From an uncultured Gammaproteobacteria bacterium (GTDB taxonomy: Bacteria; Patescibacteriota; Patescibacteriia; CAIXNZ01): DNA of 60,915 nucleotides. The DNA lies in the NCBI GenBank assembly GCA_964400885.1, contig CAYNWH010000002.1, positions 24,668 through 85,582 on the forward strand. Reading direction: 5' to 3'. The position numbers and the translations under genes are program-made. Every line of letters begins with the position of its first letter. The stretch's first letter is position 1. The notes below the pieces were generated by a model that saw only the letters and a list, made by a program, of their open reading frames with translations, ran no database searches and had not been told where the DNA came from. Positions 34,335 through 43,641 of the stretch are shown here, piece after piece.

Positions 34335-35096
34335 ATGTCAGAATCAAAAGTTCTTTCAAACGCTGAAGGTCGGGAAGGAAAGCCGAAAGTCAAAAAAAGC
34401 GACTATTTTTTCTATTGCGTGTTTTACCCGGTTTTTAAGCTACCTTTAGCAGTCACGCCAAACCATATTTCCTATGCCAGACTCATCCTCTGTGTGCCGC
34501 TCAGTTACCTGATGGTTACCGGGCATTTAAAAACCGCCGGCGCCCTTTTTATTTTCATGGCGCTCATGGACGGACTGGACGGATCAATGGCCAGGATGCG
34601 CGGACAAATCACTTCCAAGGGCAAGGTAGTTGACCCTATCGCAGACAAAGGCCAGACCATAACTGTGCTTGTTAATTTCAACTTGCTCATTCTGGTCGTC
34701 TCATACTTCTGGCTAAGCTTGCTGATGATAGGAATCGACATAACCCTTTTGCTGGTAGCCCTGCTGCAATACCTTATCCATGATGTGCTGCCAAAAGCGG
34801 GTCCGAATCACTGGCTGGCAAAATGGTTAAGCCCTGGATCAATTTTACGCAAAATAAAAGTCAAAGAAACTGGCGCCAATAATTGGGGCAAAGGCAAAAT
34901 GGTTGTGCTGGTAATCACCTTATCAGCCATGTTGCTTTTTCATCCCAATGCTGATTACTTCATTTTTTCCAGCCTCAAACTGCCTTGGCATCTGACCATG
35001 TATAATATTTTTTATCAGCAGCTGCTGGCAATCTGTGTTGTTTTGGGATTAATGAGTCTTCGGGGACACCTAAAAGTCTTCAAATTCCAAAATTAA
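34335..35096 (+). CDS. CDP-alcohol phosphatidyltransferase family protein
   Basis: 253 aa; exact D-x2-DG-x2-AR-x8-G-x3-D-x3-D (DGLDGSMARMRGQITSKGKVVDPIADK); GGAGGAGG SD; GC-richer. Confidence 0.8.
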   Translation: MSESKVLSNAEGREGKPKVKKSDYFFYCVFYPVFKLPLAVTPNHISYARLILCVPLSYLMVTGHLKTAGALFIFMALMDGLDGSMARMRGQITSKGKVVDPIADKGQTITVLVNFNLLILVVSYFWLSLLMIGIDITLLLVALLQYLIHDVLPKAGPNHWLAKWLSPGSILRKIKVKETGANNWGKGKMVVLVITLSAMLLFHPNADYFIFSSLKLPWHLTMYNIFYQQLLAICVVLGLMSLRGHLKVFKFQN

Positions 35097-35171
35097 ACTC
35101 CGCAACTGACACAAAAGCCCGGACTAATCAAAAAAGATAGTCCGGGTTCTTTTTTATCTATAATATATTTT

Positions 35172-35537
35172 TTAACGGTTGATTGCCACTGAAGTGCCAT
35201 TAGGCCGCAGGTATTCAACTCTGGCTACAGCCACCATTTCCAAATTTTCCACTTCACGGCTTATTCTTTCAGTTGAACGCAATTCTGTTATCTCTAATTC
35301 TAAAGATTTATTTTTAGTGCGCAAATCAGCGACTCTTTCTTCTAAATCTTTTATTTTATAGCCTTTTGTAGCTAAACTATTAACCTGAACTAAATAGCAA
35401 AGTCCGATTGCTACAGTCAATATAAAAACAAATATAACCAAATTTTTAGAATTCACTCTACAATTAAGCAAAAAATTCTTTTTATAAAATTTTTCTTTGA
35501 GTTCATGCAATTTTGCACTAATCATGAATTTCGACAT
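35172..35537 (-). CDS. ftsL: FtsL-like cell-division protein
   Basis: 121 aa, single TM plus coiled coil, directly downstream of rsmH (positional call). Confidence 0.55.
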   Translation of the reverse strand: MSKFMISAKLHELKEKFYKKNFLLNCRVNSKNLVIFVFILTVAIGLCYLVQVNSLATKGYKIKDLEERVADLRTKNKSLELEITELRSTERISREVENLEMVAVARVEYLRPNGTSVAINR

Positions 35538-35576
35538 ATTTTTATCTTTATTTTTGTTATTTTATTATTTAGTGGA

Positions 35577-36515
35577 TTAATTAACAATCTTTATTACTGC
35601 TCTTAACTTTGCACTTCTGCTGCGAGGATTTATCGCTATTTCTGACTGCTGCGGCCTAATAACTTTTTTAGTCAAAATTTTTATTTGTGGCACATGCTGA
35701 CATTGGCATTCTGGTAATTCCAGCGGGCAAATACAGCCTCTTGATTCTTTCTTGAAAAATTCTTTAACTATTTTATCTTCTAACGAGTGAAAAGAGATAA
35801 CTACTAATTTACCGCCTTTAGCTAAAACTGCTAAAGCATCAGGTAAAACTTTTTTTAAATTATCCAGTTCATCATTGACTTCTATTCTCAAGGCCTGAAA
35901 AACTTTTGTAGCTACATTAATCTTTCTGGGCTTAGGCTTATTTTTATAAACTCTTTCAATTAAATCAACTAATTGATCCGTAGTTGTGATCTTATTTTTT
36001 TTACGTGCAGTTATTATTTCTTTGGCAATTAATCTGGCGTGTCTTTCTTCGCCATATTCTTTAAAAATCCTGGCTAATTCTTCTTCTTTATAATGGTTAA
36101 TAACATCAGCAGCAGTTTTATCTGTACTGCCAAACCTCATGTCTAGAAAAGCAGATCCTTTAAAGGAAAATCCCCGAGATTGATCTTGCAGCTCATAAGA
36201 GGAGAGACCAAGGTCGAGTAAAATACCACTAATTTTATTAATTCCTGCATCATATATTATTTTTGCCAAATTTTTATAATTATCACTGACTAAGACCATG
36301 CGGCTTTTAAATTCTTTCAAGTTTTTTTTGGCCGCTTCAATGGCCTGCGAATCCAAATCAATGCCTAATAATTGTCCATTTGGTGAAGTTCTTTGTAAAA
36401 TCTCTTTGGCATGCCCGCCGCCGCCCAAAGTGCAATCAATAAAATTTTCATTAGCTTGCGGCTTAAGATATTCCAGAACTTCATTAATCATAACTGGCTC
36501 ATGTTTAAACTGCAT
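35577..36515 (-). CDS. rsmH: 16S rRNA (cytosine1402-N4)-methyltransferase
   Basis: 312 aa; HEPVMINEVLEYL, DCTLGGGGH, FHSLEDKIVK. Confidence 0.95.
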   Translation of the reverse strand: MQFKHEPVMINEVLEYLKPQANENFIDCTLGGGGHAKEILQRTSPNGQLLGIDLDSQAIEAAKKNLKEFKSRMVLVSDNYKNLAKIIYDAGINKISGILLDLGLSSYELQDQSRGFSFKGSAFLDMRFGSTDKTAADVINHYKEEELARIFKEYGEERHARLIAKEIITARKKNKITTTDQLVDLIERVYKNKPKPRKINVATKVFQALRIEVNDELDNLKKVLPDALAVLAKGGKLVVISFHSLEDKIVKEFFKKESRGCICPLELPECQCQHVPQIKILTKKVIRPQQSEIAINPRSRSAKLRAVIKIVN

Positions 36516-36592
36516 TGATTTTCCTTGAATTGTAAAATATTTAAATATTTATTTTTGTTTTGGGGATAATCGCTTATCCCCGGTTGCGGAAC

Positions 36593-36811
36593 TTAGGCTG
36601 CCTGTGAACTGGCCATCCCGTGTTGTCTGGCCAATGCCAGGAGTCCGTCACCGCAGGTTCTTTGCTGTCGCCTGACTTTCGCCATGCGAGCAATGAACCT
36701 TTCAGCTGGCGTGCCAGGAGGACCTTGCCCAAAAGGAACAGACAAGGTCAATGCTCCAGTTGCTGATCCTGCCAGCGCTAACTCGCCTTTGCCGTTTTGC
36801 ATGTCTTGCAA
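36593..36811 (-). CDS. Hypothetical GC-rich ORF (72 aa; may start at an upstream TTG)
   Basis: ORF in a very GC-rich segment; GGGGGTG SD-like box upstream; Gly/Ala/Pro-rich then basic; coding status uncertain. Confidence 0.35.
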   Translation of the reverse strand: MQDMQNGKGELALAGSATGALTLSVPFGQGPPGTPAERFIARMAKVRRQQRTCGDGLLALARQHGMASSQAA

Positions 36812-36831
36812 TGCGCACCCCCTTTTCCTGG

Positions 36832-37059
36832 TTAGAAAACAAATGACTCGCTCTGGATCTCTTTTGGCCCTTGCTTAACAATTTCTTCCCAACGTTTCAT
36901 TGCCGCTGCAAAGCTTTCTTTGCTCATGTGGATAATTATTTTTTCCAAATCAGCAAGGAAATCACTGGCCTTTTGATACCAGTCTGTTGCCTGATCTTTG
37001 ACTGCCTCGACTAAACTCTTCATGTGGCTTAATATCCGTAACCTTTCATAAACTGGCAT
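36832..37059 (-). CDS. Hypothetical helical protein (75 aa)
   Basis: AAGGAGGTG SD 6 nt from ATG; preceded by a ~230-nt structured leader. Confidence 0.55.
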   Translation of the reverse strand: MPVYERLRILSHMKSLVEAVKDQATDWYQKASDFLADLEKIIIHMSKESFAAAMKRWEEIVKQGPKEIQSESFVF

Positions 37060-37292
37060 GGCTCACCTCCTTTTTGATTTTTCAATGTTTTAAAGTTTTT
37101 ACAGGAGAGAAACAGAGCAAAATAATCTTTACAAACCGTTTCTCTCCTGAATAAAACCCTACTTGTTTATCAAATTTTAATATGATTTTGTAAGGTACAT
37201 AGGAGATACCTCGAAAAAATGATAAACAAGAATTTTTTGATATATGTAAGGTGCTCGTCAGCGACGAGACTATCCTTTCTTAATTTTTCAAA

Positions 37293-37724
37293 TTAGACAT
37301 CCAAACCTTCTAATGCTTCGGCAATATCACCGCTTTGCTTTTCTGTACCCTGTTTATATTTGTTCCAATTATCTTCATCCCAGATTTCTAAACGGTTATA
37401 TAAACCGGCGATAATGCTTTTCTTTTTTAAACCAGCATACTTTCTTAAATATTCTGGCAAAACAATTCTGCCTTGCTTGTCTAATTGAACATCCATAGCG
37501 CCAGCTAGCATTAAACGGGAAAACGCTCGGGTATTGGCTTTGCTTATTGGTAAAGCAGCTAATTTAGTAGCTAATTTTTGCCATTCACCTGCTGTATAAA
37601 CAAATAAACAATTATCAAGACCTTTAGTCACAACTGCGCCTTTGGTTAACTTAGCTCTGAATTTAGCTGGCACAGCTAAACGGCCTTTTTCATCTAAATT
37701 GTGTTGATATTCGCCTATAAACAT
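37293..37724 (-). CDS. mraZ: Transcriptional regulator MraZ
   Basis: 143 aa; MFIGEYQHNLDEKGRLAVPAKFR and second GRIVLP SpoVT/AbrB repeat. Confidence 0.95.
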   Translation of the reverse strand: MFIGEYQHNLDEKGRLAVPAKFRAKLTKGAVVTKGLDNCLFVYTAGEWQKLATKLAALPISKANTRAFSRLMLAGAMDVQLDKQGRIVLPEYLRKYAGLKKKSIIAGLYNRLEIWDEDNWNKYKQGTEKQSGDIAEALEGLDV

Positions 37725-37755
37725 ATTAAATAAGCTTATTTTGGGTTAAATTGGG

Positions 37756-37796
37756 TTATCCACAATTATATTTAGTTATCCCCACTTTCATCCACA
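37756..37796 (-). promoter_or_regulatory. DnaA-box-like / MraZ-operator-like direct repeats in the mraZ 5' region
   Basis: TTATCCACA (37756-64, perfect DnaA box), TTATCCCCA (37776-84), TCATCCACA (37788-96), all in the same orientation; on the mraZ strand they read GTGGA-N5-GTGGG (10-bp phasing) ... GTGGA. Confidence 0.5.
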
Positions 37797-37814
37797 TTAC
37801 TATCTTATATATCC

Positions 37815-37843
37815 ATTATACCCCACACAACAAAACTCGTCAA
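37815..37843 (-). promoter_or_regulatory. mraZ promoter
   Basis: minus strand TTGACG-N17-TATAAT. Confidence 0.55.
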
Positions 37844-38020
37844 CCACTTTATACACAAGCTAAATTACGCTGAATATAAAGAAAAAAATTAAATTGTGCA
37901 TAACTTAATATTTTAAAATAAATATACTGTGTATTCCTCACTCTAATATATTTCCACAAATAAAAAAGACCGCCTCGTTAAAACGATTTGGTCCTTATGT
38001 TTAAATACTGATTTCAGCTA

Positions 38021-38569
38021 TTATTCATATTTAATCTGCGCGCTGCAAAACAGATCGCTGCATTTCATCATTAGTAGCTCTAAAAACGGATTTTTACTGA
38101 TCTGCGCAATTTTTTGAGCTTCGGAAAAAGTAATCCAGCGGAAAACCAGCCAGATAACCAAAGTAACAGCTTCATCACCATGCTCCACCAAGCCGGAAAC
38201 AGCGCCGATTAAGTCCCTGCCATCTTCAAGCCCTTGGCCGTCAGATGGAGCTGCGATCGCTCCGCCGTATTTTTTGTTTTCAATGTCACGGCTTTGCCAG
38301 CCGCTAAGATGGCCTGAACCCTGCCAGGCTGCAAGCCGTATAACTTTTTCCTGGCAATAGCGGAAGCATCCTTCAGCCAGATCAGCTTTGCAGGTTCCCA
38401 GCTCATTAACAAAGAGCATCTTTTGACCGTCCGTAGATTGATGCAATACAGCCATAAATCCGCCTGTCCGCTCCGGCTTGGGATTGCCCGGCAAACCCAC
38501 GAAGTGAGCCATTACCTCTTCTGCTACAGCTAGAAATTCCACTCTTGGTACTCTGCCTATTCTTTGCAT
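38021..38569 (-). CDS. Hypothetical protein (182 aa), weak GlcG/DUF336-like resemblance
   Basis: AAGGAGG SD; QEKVIRLAAW and GGAI...LIGAVSGL..HGDE resemble GlcG-family motifs (from memory only). Confidence 0.55.
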   Translation of the reverse strand: MQRIGRVPRVEFLAVAEEVMAHFVGLPGNPKPERTGGFMAVLHQSTDGQKMLFVNELGTCKADLAEGCFRYCQEKVIRLAAWQGSGHLSGWQSRDIENKKYGGAIAAPSDGQGLEDGRDLIGAVSGLVEHGDEAVTLVIWLVFRWITFSEAQKIAQISKNPFLELLMMKCSDLFCSAQIKYE

Positions 38570-38586
38570 CCCTTCCTCCTTTTTGA

Positions 38587-38883
38587 TTAAACAAAAGTTC
38601 CTTTGCAGATATCGGCCAAATCAGGACCAACAGCCTCTCTCATTAATTGGTCATGTTCAGGCAAAAGTTCCTTTATCGCTTCCGTTGCCGTATATACCTG
38701 CTTTGCATTACCTAAAACTTTAACTACGGCTCTGCCGCCAAAGTAATACCAATCAACTTTTTGGCCTGATCGCCTTGCTACTTTTTTCACCCATTTATCA
38801 AATTTTTTAGCTGGAATGCTATGGCTAGTAAAGATATGATGTCCCTTCCTCCAAATCTTTTTATTGCAAGGTTTTAATCCCAT
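38587..38883 (-). CDS. Hypothetical basic protein (98 aa)
   Basis: AAGGAGGG SD; starts 15 nt after the tsaB stop with no promoter in between. Confidence 0.55.
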   Translation of the reverse strand: MGLKPCNKKIWRKGHHIFTSHSIPAKKFDKWVKKVARRSGQKVDWYYFGGRAVVKVLGNAKQVYTATEAIKELLPEHDQLMREAVGPDLADICKGTFV

Positions 38884-38898
38884 TTATTTCCCTCCTTT

Positions 38899-39300
38899 TT
38901 AAGTGGTGTTTGGTTCCTGATTGTAAAAAGGCAAAAGATATTTATTAGCTTTTGCTTGCTTTAATTTGCTTAAGCCTAACTTAACCAATTTTTCATTATT
39001 TGTCAATCCTTGTTTATTAGTCAGGCCAGCAACCGGAATTTTTAAAGCATAAGCCAAAGTATTAGCCACAGCCACCCCAATTCTTATAGAAGTAAAAGGG
39101 CCAGGACCAGTAACTGCTATAATGCCATTTAGTTGTTTAATGTTAAGCTTGCTTTTCCTTAAAAGCTTATCAATGGCTTTAAGCAAATTTTCAGAAACTT
39201 TAAAATCACCCTTGCGAATAATTTTATCAGTTATTTTACTTTGTCTAATTAAAAAAACATCTAACTGTTTATCTTTAGATGCATTAATAAATAAAACCAT
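38899..39300 (-). CDS. tsaB: tRNA t6A biosynthesis protein TsaB (short form)
   Basis: 133 aa; GIIAVTGPGPFTSIRIGVAVANTLA motif; only the N-terminal ASKHA half is present. Confidence 0.7.
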   Translation of the reverse strand: MVLFINASKDKQLDVFLIRQSKITDKIIRKGDFKVSENLLKAIDKLLRKSKLNIKQLNGIIAVTGPGPFTSIRIGVAVANTLAYALKIPVAGLTNKQGLTNNEKLVKLGLSKLKQAKANKYLLPFYNQEPNTT

Positions 39301-39308
39301 AAGCTTAT

Positions 39309-39923
39309 TTATTCATTTTCTGCCTCATTAGAAATCGGCTTTAAAGTATTCATTATTTCATCTATCATAACTATTTTCTCTGAATCTAAAATAGAATATA
39401 AAAACCTATCAGCTACGCTGCGTCGATATTCAAATTCATCTTTATCTAAAAGCGTATAATTTATTTCGCGCCTAAAATATTTTTCGAAATTTTTTAGCAG
39501 CTTTTCAAATTTTTTCTTATTTAATTTGCCTACCACTAACATATCAATCGGTACATTTTTATTGCCCACAAAAAGTCCGGTTAGCGCCAAATAATACACC
39601 TTGCCGATTTTCTGCAAAGATTTAGCAAATTTTTTTTCCAGCAAAAACTGGGATTTCTGTAAAATTGATTTTAATTCTGAATATAAAACAAATTTGGTAT
39701 CTGCCTTATAAAATTTACGGTTTTGTTTTGAATCACCCTCTTTAACCTCGACCTCATTAATTATACCTATCTCTTCCAGATTTTGCAGCTCTCGCCTAAC
39801 TGCATTTATTTGCGATTCTAAATCACGAGTCAGTTCTCTGACAAAGTATTGCTCATCAGGATTAATCAAAAAAATATGCAAAAGCTTAACTCTAGTTTGT
39901 GAACCAAATAATTGTTCAAGCAT
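39309..39923 (-). CDS. Winged-helix (ArsR-like) transcriptional regulator with C-terminal domain
   Basis: 204 aa; TRVKLLHIFL...YFVRELTRDLESQINAVRRELQNLEEIGII. Confidence 0.6.
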   Translation of the reverse strand: MLEQLFGSQTRVKLLHIFLINPDEQYFVRELTRDLESQINAVRRELQNLEEIGIINEVEVKEGDSKQNRKFYKADTKFVLYSELKSILQKSQFLLEKKFAKSLQKIGKVYYLALTGLFVGNKNVPIDMLVVGKLNKKKFEKLLKNFEKYFRREINYTLLDKDEFEYRRSVADRFLYSILDSEKIVMIDEIMNTLKPISNEAENE

Positions 39924-40032
39924 ATTTTAAGCTAGTTTAATGATAATGAAATAAGACTGTCTAACCCCTTTTAAAATTTGCCTATATTTAGTATAATACA
40001 AATAGCAAAAATAAGTCAATTTTCTCAAAGCA

Positions 40033-42321
40033 ATGACCAAGATTTTAACCCAATTTTCCCACATTTTTATTCATTATTACTCGAATAAATCCTCATCTAC
40101 GAGTAAGCTATTTATCAGTGAGCCCAATAAGCTATTAGAAGATAAAATGGGCCGCCTTTTTGGTATTTTAGAAATTAACACTCCTAGCCGGGAAAATTCA
40201 CAAATTATCGCCCAATTAATCGGCAGCCTGGAAGACAATTATTACAATCAGATTGAAAATGAAAATTTTGACATTGAAAAAGCTTTTGAAAATGCCCTAG
40301 AAGAAACGAATAAAGAATTCGTAAAGATGCTCCAGGAAAAGAAATTTTATCTAGTCGGTAATTTAAATGAACAGACAATCAAAGAAAAAATCAATTTGGC
40401 AGTAGGTCTCATAAAAAATGATCAATTACTTATCTCTTATCTTAATAATGCCGGCGCCTTTTTGATTCACAAAACAAAACAGGATTACAAATTGATTGAT
40501 ATAAAAAAGATAAGCAAGGGAGAAAATAATACTAAAAAAGAAGAAGAAAGCAATAAGCTCTTTACTAATTTATTGCAAGGCCAACTTAATCCGCCAGACT
40601 ATCTATGTGTTGCCAATAATAATTTCTTAAACTATGTTTCCCTGGAAAGAATTCAAAAAACAATCACATCCCTGCCCATTCACAAAGCAGCTGAGTATTT
40701 TAAAAATTCCCTACTCCAGCATGAAGGCTATAATTTTGCAGCCATAATTATTAAAAATACAAAAGAAGAACAAACTAAAACGCCGGAATCAGCCTCTTTA
40801 ACTTCGATTACTGAATTAAATTATACAGAATCATCAACAGAAAGACTGCTTTCTCCTTCTTTCTGGACTGGCTTTAAAAAAATAATTAACCACATCATTA
40901 ATTTATTTCAAAAAGGAAAACAACTGCAAAAAAAAGAAAATGAATTGTCAATGGAAAGCCCCGAAACTGACAGCTTAGCAGCAGAATCAATTGAGAATCA
41001 AACCGAAATTGAGAATCAAGCCGAACCAGAAAAAATGACAAAATATCCTTCTGGAATTTTAATAGGCTGGCAAAAATTTTATGGCAGGATAAAAAGAACA
41101 ACTAAAAATTTCTTCACTAAAAATACAGTTATTTTAGACAATCTGCAAAAAATAAAAAATTATTTACGCTTAAAATTAGCTTATCTGGGCACATATTTAA
41201 AAAAGATTCCCAATCTTAGTAAGATACTGCTGATTATAGGTATTCTATTAATAATTTTATTTATATATAGCACCAGTTATTTTAAACATCAGCAAAATGA
41301 AGCCATAGATTCTCAAGCATTTCAAAATTCAACCAATCAGATAGAAGAAAAAATAAATCTGGCTGAATCTGATATTATCTTTGGCGATGAAACAAAAGCC
41401 AGAGAAGAAATCAGCCAGGCTCAGGAATTATTAGACTCGCTTGTTGTCAATTCGCAAAAGCAAAAAGAGAAACAAGGAGAATTAAGCAGTTCAATTGAAG
41501 CAGTAATTGCAAAATTAAGACATATTACTAATATTACGGAACCAACCCTAATTGCAGACTTAAGCACAGAACAAGATAATAATATTAATATTCAGAATAT
41601 TATTTATCAAAATAATTCTATTTTGGCGTTTGATTCAATTAATAATAACAGCTATGAAATAAATCTTGACACTCGTGAAATAAATAAAATCTATTCGAAT
41701 TTATCAGATATTGGCAAAATCATTAAAGCTAAAAATGTTGGCAACCAAATTCTGGTTTATCATGATAAAAATGGCTTTGTTCAATTTAAAGATAATAAAT
41801 TTGTACCGCTGAATATTGGCCTACAAAGCAATGGGCAAATCATTGACTTCGCCAGTTATTCGGGCCGCCTTTATACTGTGGATATAAAAAATAATCAAAT
41901 TTACAGGTATCAGCCAATTGACAATGGCTATGCTAATGGACTGGCCTGGCTAAAAGAAGCCAATTTTGACTTAAAAAATATTAATTCCATAGGCATAGAT
42001 ACAAATATCTGGCTTTTGAGCAATGACGGCCAAATCTTCAAATTTAATAAAGGTTTGAAACGCGATTTTACTGTTAAAAATTTAGAACCGGCTTTAGAGT
42101 CGCCGACTGCCTTTTTTACCAATGATGAAACAAATTTTCTTTATATACTAGAACCAGTTAATAAAAGAATTGTAGTTTTGGATAAAGAAGGCAATCTGGT
42201 GACGCAATATTACAGCGAAGCTTTTGATAACCTCAAATCATTTGAGATTATTGAAAGCGAAAAAAAGATATTTGTAGTTAATGATAATAAGATTTTATTT
42301 TTTAACCTCACCAATATTTAA
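40033..42321 (+). CDS. Large membrane-anchored hypothetical protein (762 aa) with repeat-rich C-terminal domain
   Basis: one clear TM (ILLIIGILLIILFIY); the C-terminal ~280 aa has a beta-propeller-like periodicity; the N-terminal domain is unassigned. Confidence 0.6.
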   Translation: MTKILTQFSHIFIHYYSNKSSSTSKLFISEPNKLLEDKMGRLFGILEINTPSRENSQIIAQLIGSLEDNYYNQIENENFDIEKAFENALEETNKEFVKMLQEKKFYLVGNLNEQTIKEKINLAVGLIKNDQLLISYLNNAGAFLIHKTKQDYKLIDIKKISKGENNTKKEEESNKLFTNLLQGQLNPPDYLCVANNNFLNYVSLERIQKTITSLPIHKAAEYFKNSLLQHEGYNFAAIIIKNTKEEQTKTPESASLTSITELNYTESSTERLLSPSFWTGFKKIINHIINLFQKGKQLQKKENELSMESPETDSLAAESIENQTEIENQAEPEKMTKYPSGILIGWQKFYGRIKRTTKNFFTKNTVILDNLQKIKNYLRLKLAYLGTYLKKIPNLSKILLIIGILLIILFIYSTSYFKHQQNEAIDSQAFQNSTNQIEEKINLAESDIIFGDETKAREEISQAQELLDSLVVNSQKQKEKQGELSSSIEAVIAKLRHITNITEPTLIADLSTEQDNNINIQNIIYQNNSILAFDSINNNSYEINLDTREINKIYSNLSDIGKIIKAKNVGNQILVYHDKNGFVQFKDNKFVPLNIGLQSNGQIIDFASYSGRLYTVDIKNNQIYRYQPIDNGYANGLAWLKEANFDLKNINSIGIDTNIWLLSNDGQIFKFNKGLKRDFTVKNLEPALESPTAFFTNDETNFLYILEPVNKRIVVLDKEGNLVTQYYSEAFDNLKSFEIIESEKKIFVVNDNKILFFNLTNI

Positions 42322-42380
42322 AATAACTTAAATAAACTTAAAAGCGCCCCCGCTACGCGGGGGCGCTTTTAAAATAGAAT

Positions 42381-42806
42381 TTATTTCAAATTAACTGTAG
42401 CGCCAGCTTCTTCTAATTTTTTCTTCATTTCTTCAGCTTCTTCTTTTTTAACAGCTTTCTTAACAATTTGCGGAGCGCCATCAACCAAATCCTTAGCTTC
42501 TTTTAAGCCTAAACCTGAAATTTCCTTAACCACTTTAATCACTCCAATTTTATTATCACCGCTAGCTGCTAATTCAATGTCAAATTCGCTTTTTTCCGGA
42601 GCAGCTTCAGCGGCTCCAGCAGCGCCAGCCATAGCCACAGCCACAGGCGCAGCAGCTGAAACGCCAAATTTATCCTCTAAAATTTTGACTAATTCAGCCA
42701 GGTCTAAAACTGACATTTTTTCAATCTCTTCAACTAAAGATTGGAACTTTTTAGGAACTTCAACTTCTTTTTTTTCTTCTTTTTTAACTTCTTTTTCTTC
42801 TGCCAT
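42381..42806 (-). CDS. rplL: 50S ribosomal protein L7/L12
   Basis: 141 aa; Ala-rich hinge, [24 protein letters not shown]. Confidence 0.95.
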   Translation of the reverse strand: MAEEKEVKKEEKKEVEVPKKFQSLVEEIEKMSVLDLAELVKILEDKFGVSAAAPVAVAMAGAAGAAEAAPEKSEFDIELAASGDNKIGVIKVVKEISGLGLKEAKDLVDGAPQIVKKAVKKEEAEEMKKKLEEAGATVNLK

Positions 42807-42846
42807 ATTTTTGTTTAAATTAATTATTAATTATATTTATTAATTA

Positions 42847-43371
42847 TTAAGCTTTTTGATCTTTAATAGCGTTTAAAACAGTCAATAAACCTCTTAAATT
42901 ACCGGCCAAAACATTGACAAAGCCAGAAATTGGAGAATTCAAGCTGCCAACTAATTTAGCCAAAAGTTCAACTTTGGAAGGTATTTTAGATAAGGCTTCA
43001 ACTTGAGCCAAGTCAATAAACTTATTTTCCATAATGCCGCCTAAAAGCTTTAAGGCCTCATGATCTTTAGTAAAATTAGCTGCTAACTTAGCCGGCGCTA
43101 CTTCATCTTCAAAACCAACTACCAAAGCTAGATTACCAGTCATATTTTTAACATCAATATCTTTAAAGCCAGCTTTATCCAAGGCTAATTGAATTAATGT
43201 TTTTTTAGCTACAAGATATTCTGCACCCTGTTCTCTGGCTAATTTACGAATAGCAGAAGCTTCAGCCACGGTTAAACCTTTATAATCAGTAAAAACAAGA
43301 CTTTTAAACTTAGCTAATTTATCAGCTAAATCATCAACAATTTGTTTTTTTTGTTCTTTAGTTTTAGGCAT
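42847..43371 (-). CDS. rplJ: 50S ribosomal protein L10
   Basis: 174 aa; upstream of rplL; typical L10 N-terminus. Confidence 0.9.
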   Translation of the reverse strand: MPKTKEQKKQIVDDLADKLAKFKSLVFTDYKGLTVAEASAIRKLAREQGAEYLVAKKTLIQLALDKAGFKDIDVKNMTGNLALVVGFEDEVAPAKLAANFTKDHEALKLLGGIMENKFIDLAQVEALSKIPSKVELLAKLVGSLNSPISGFVNVLAGNLRGLLTVLNAIKDQKA

Positions 43372-43586
43372 ATCTTTTAGTAATTAGTAATTAGTAATTA
43401 GTTATTGGTTATTAGTGATATGAATAAAAAAATCTACGGGACACCGTAGATACAACTATAAGCTATTAGCCATAGGCCATTTGCTAAAAGTCAATTCCCT
43501 CGATAGGTTTTACGCTTTAAAAGCCACCTATTGTCTACGGTTATATTAAGTTATAAACAGTATAACATAACCAAAAATATTGTCAA
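43372..43586 (-). promoter_or_regulatory. rplJ promoter and ~185-nt leader with internal terminator (candidate L10-leader-type attenuator)
   Basis: TTGACA-N16-TGtTATACT; atctacgg-tgtc-ccgtagat + TTTTTTT (43425-43451) lies inside the leader; then a 53-nt G-free tract up to the ATG. Confidence 0.45.
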
Positions 43587-43641
43587 GAAATCCATTAAAA
43601 TTACAAAGAGCTGCTATTATTAGCAGCTCTTTTTCTCTTTT

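Noticed and set aside
36636-36649. GCCAGGAGTCCGTC on the + strand resembling a cobalamin-riboswitch B12 box
   Set aside because: The other conserved cobalamin elements (the GGUGAAAUCC-type region and the GCCACUG box) are absent, and there is no downstream + strand gene to regulate.
37725-38020. The DnaA-box cluster as the chromosomal origin (oriC)
   Set aside because: Genes on both sides (35-37.7 kb and 38-60 kb) are all on the minus strand, so there is no switch in gene orientation here. No dnaA/dnaN is adjacent. The boxes overlap the mraZ 5' region with 10-bp phased GTGG(G/A) repeats, which fits an operator better. I kept it as a regulatory finding only.
43375-43427. Short tandem words (agtaatt agtaatt...; cactaatcaccaatcacc at 22296-22334) considered as a CRISPR array or satellite
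   Set aside because: The period is only 7-9 nt with no unique spacers, the total length is under 60 nt, and no cas genes are present. These are low-complexity leader/spacer tracts.
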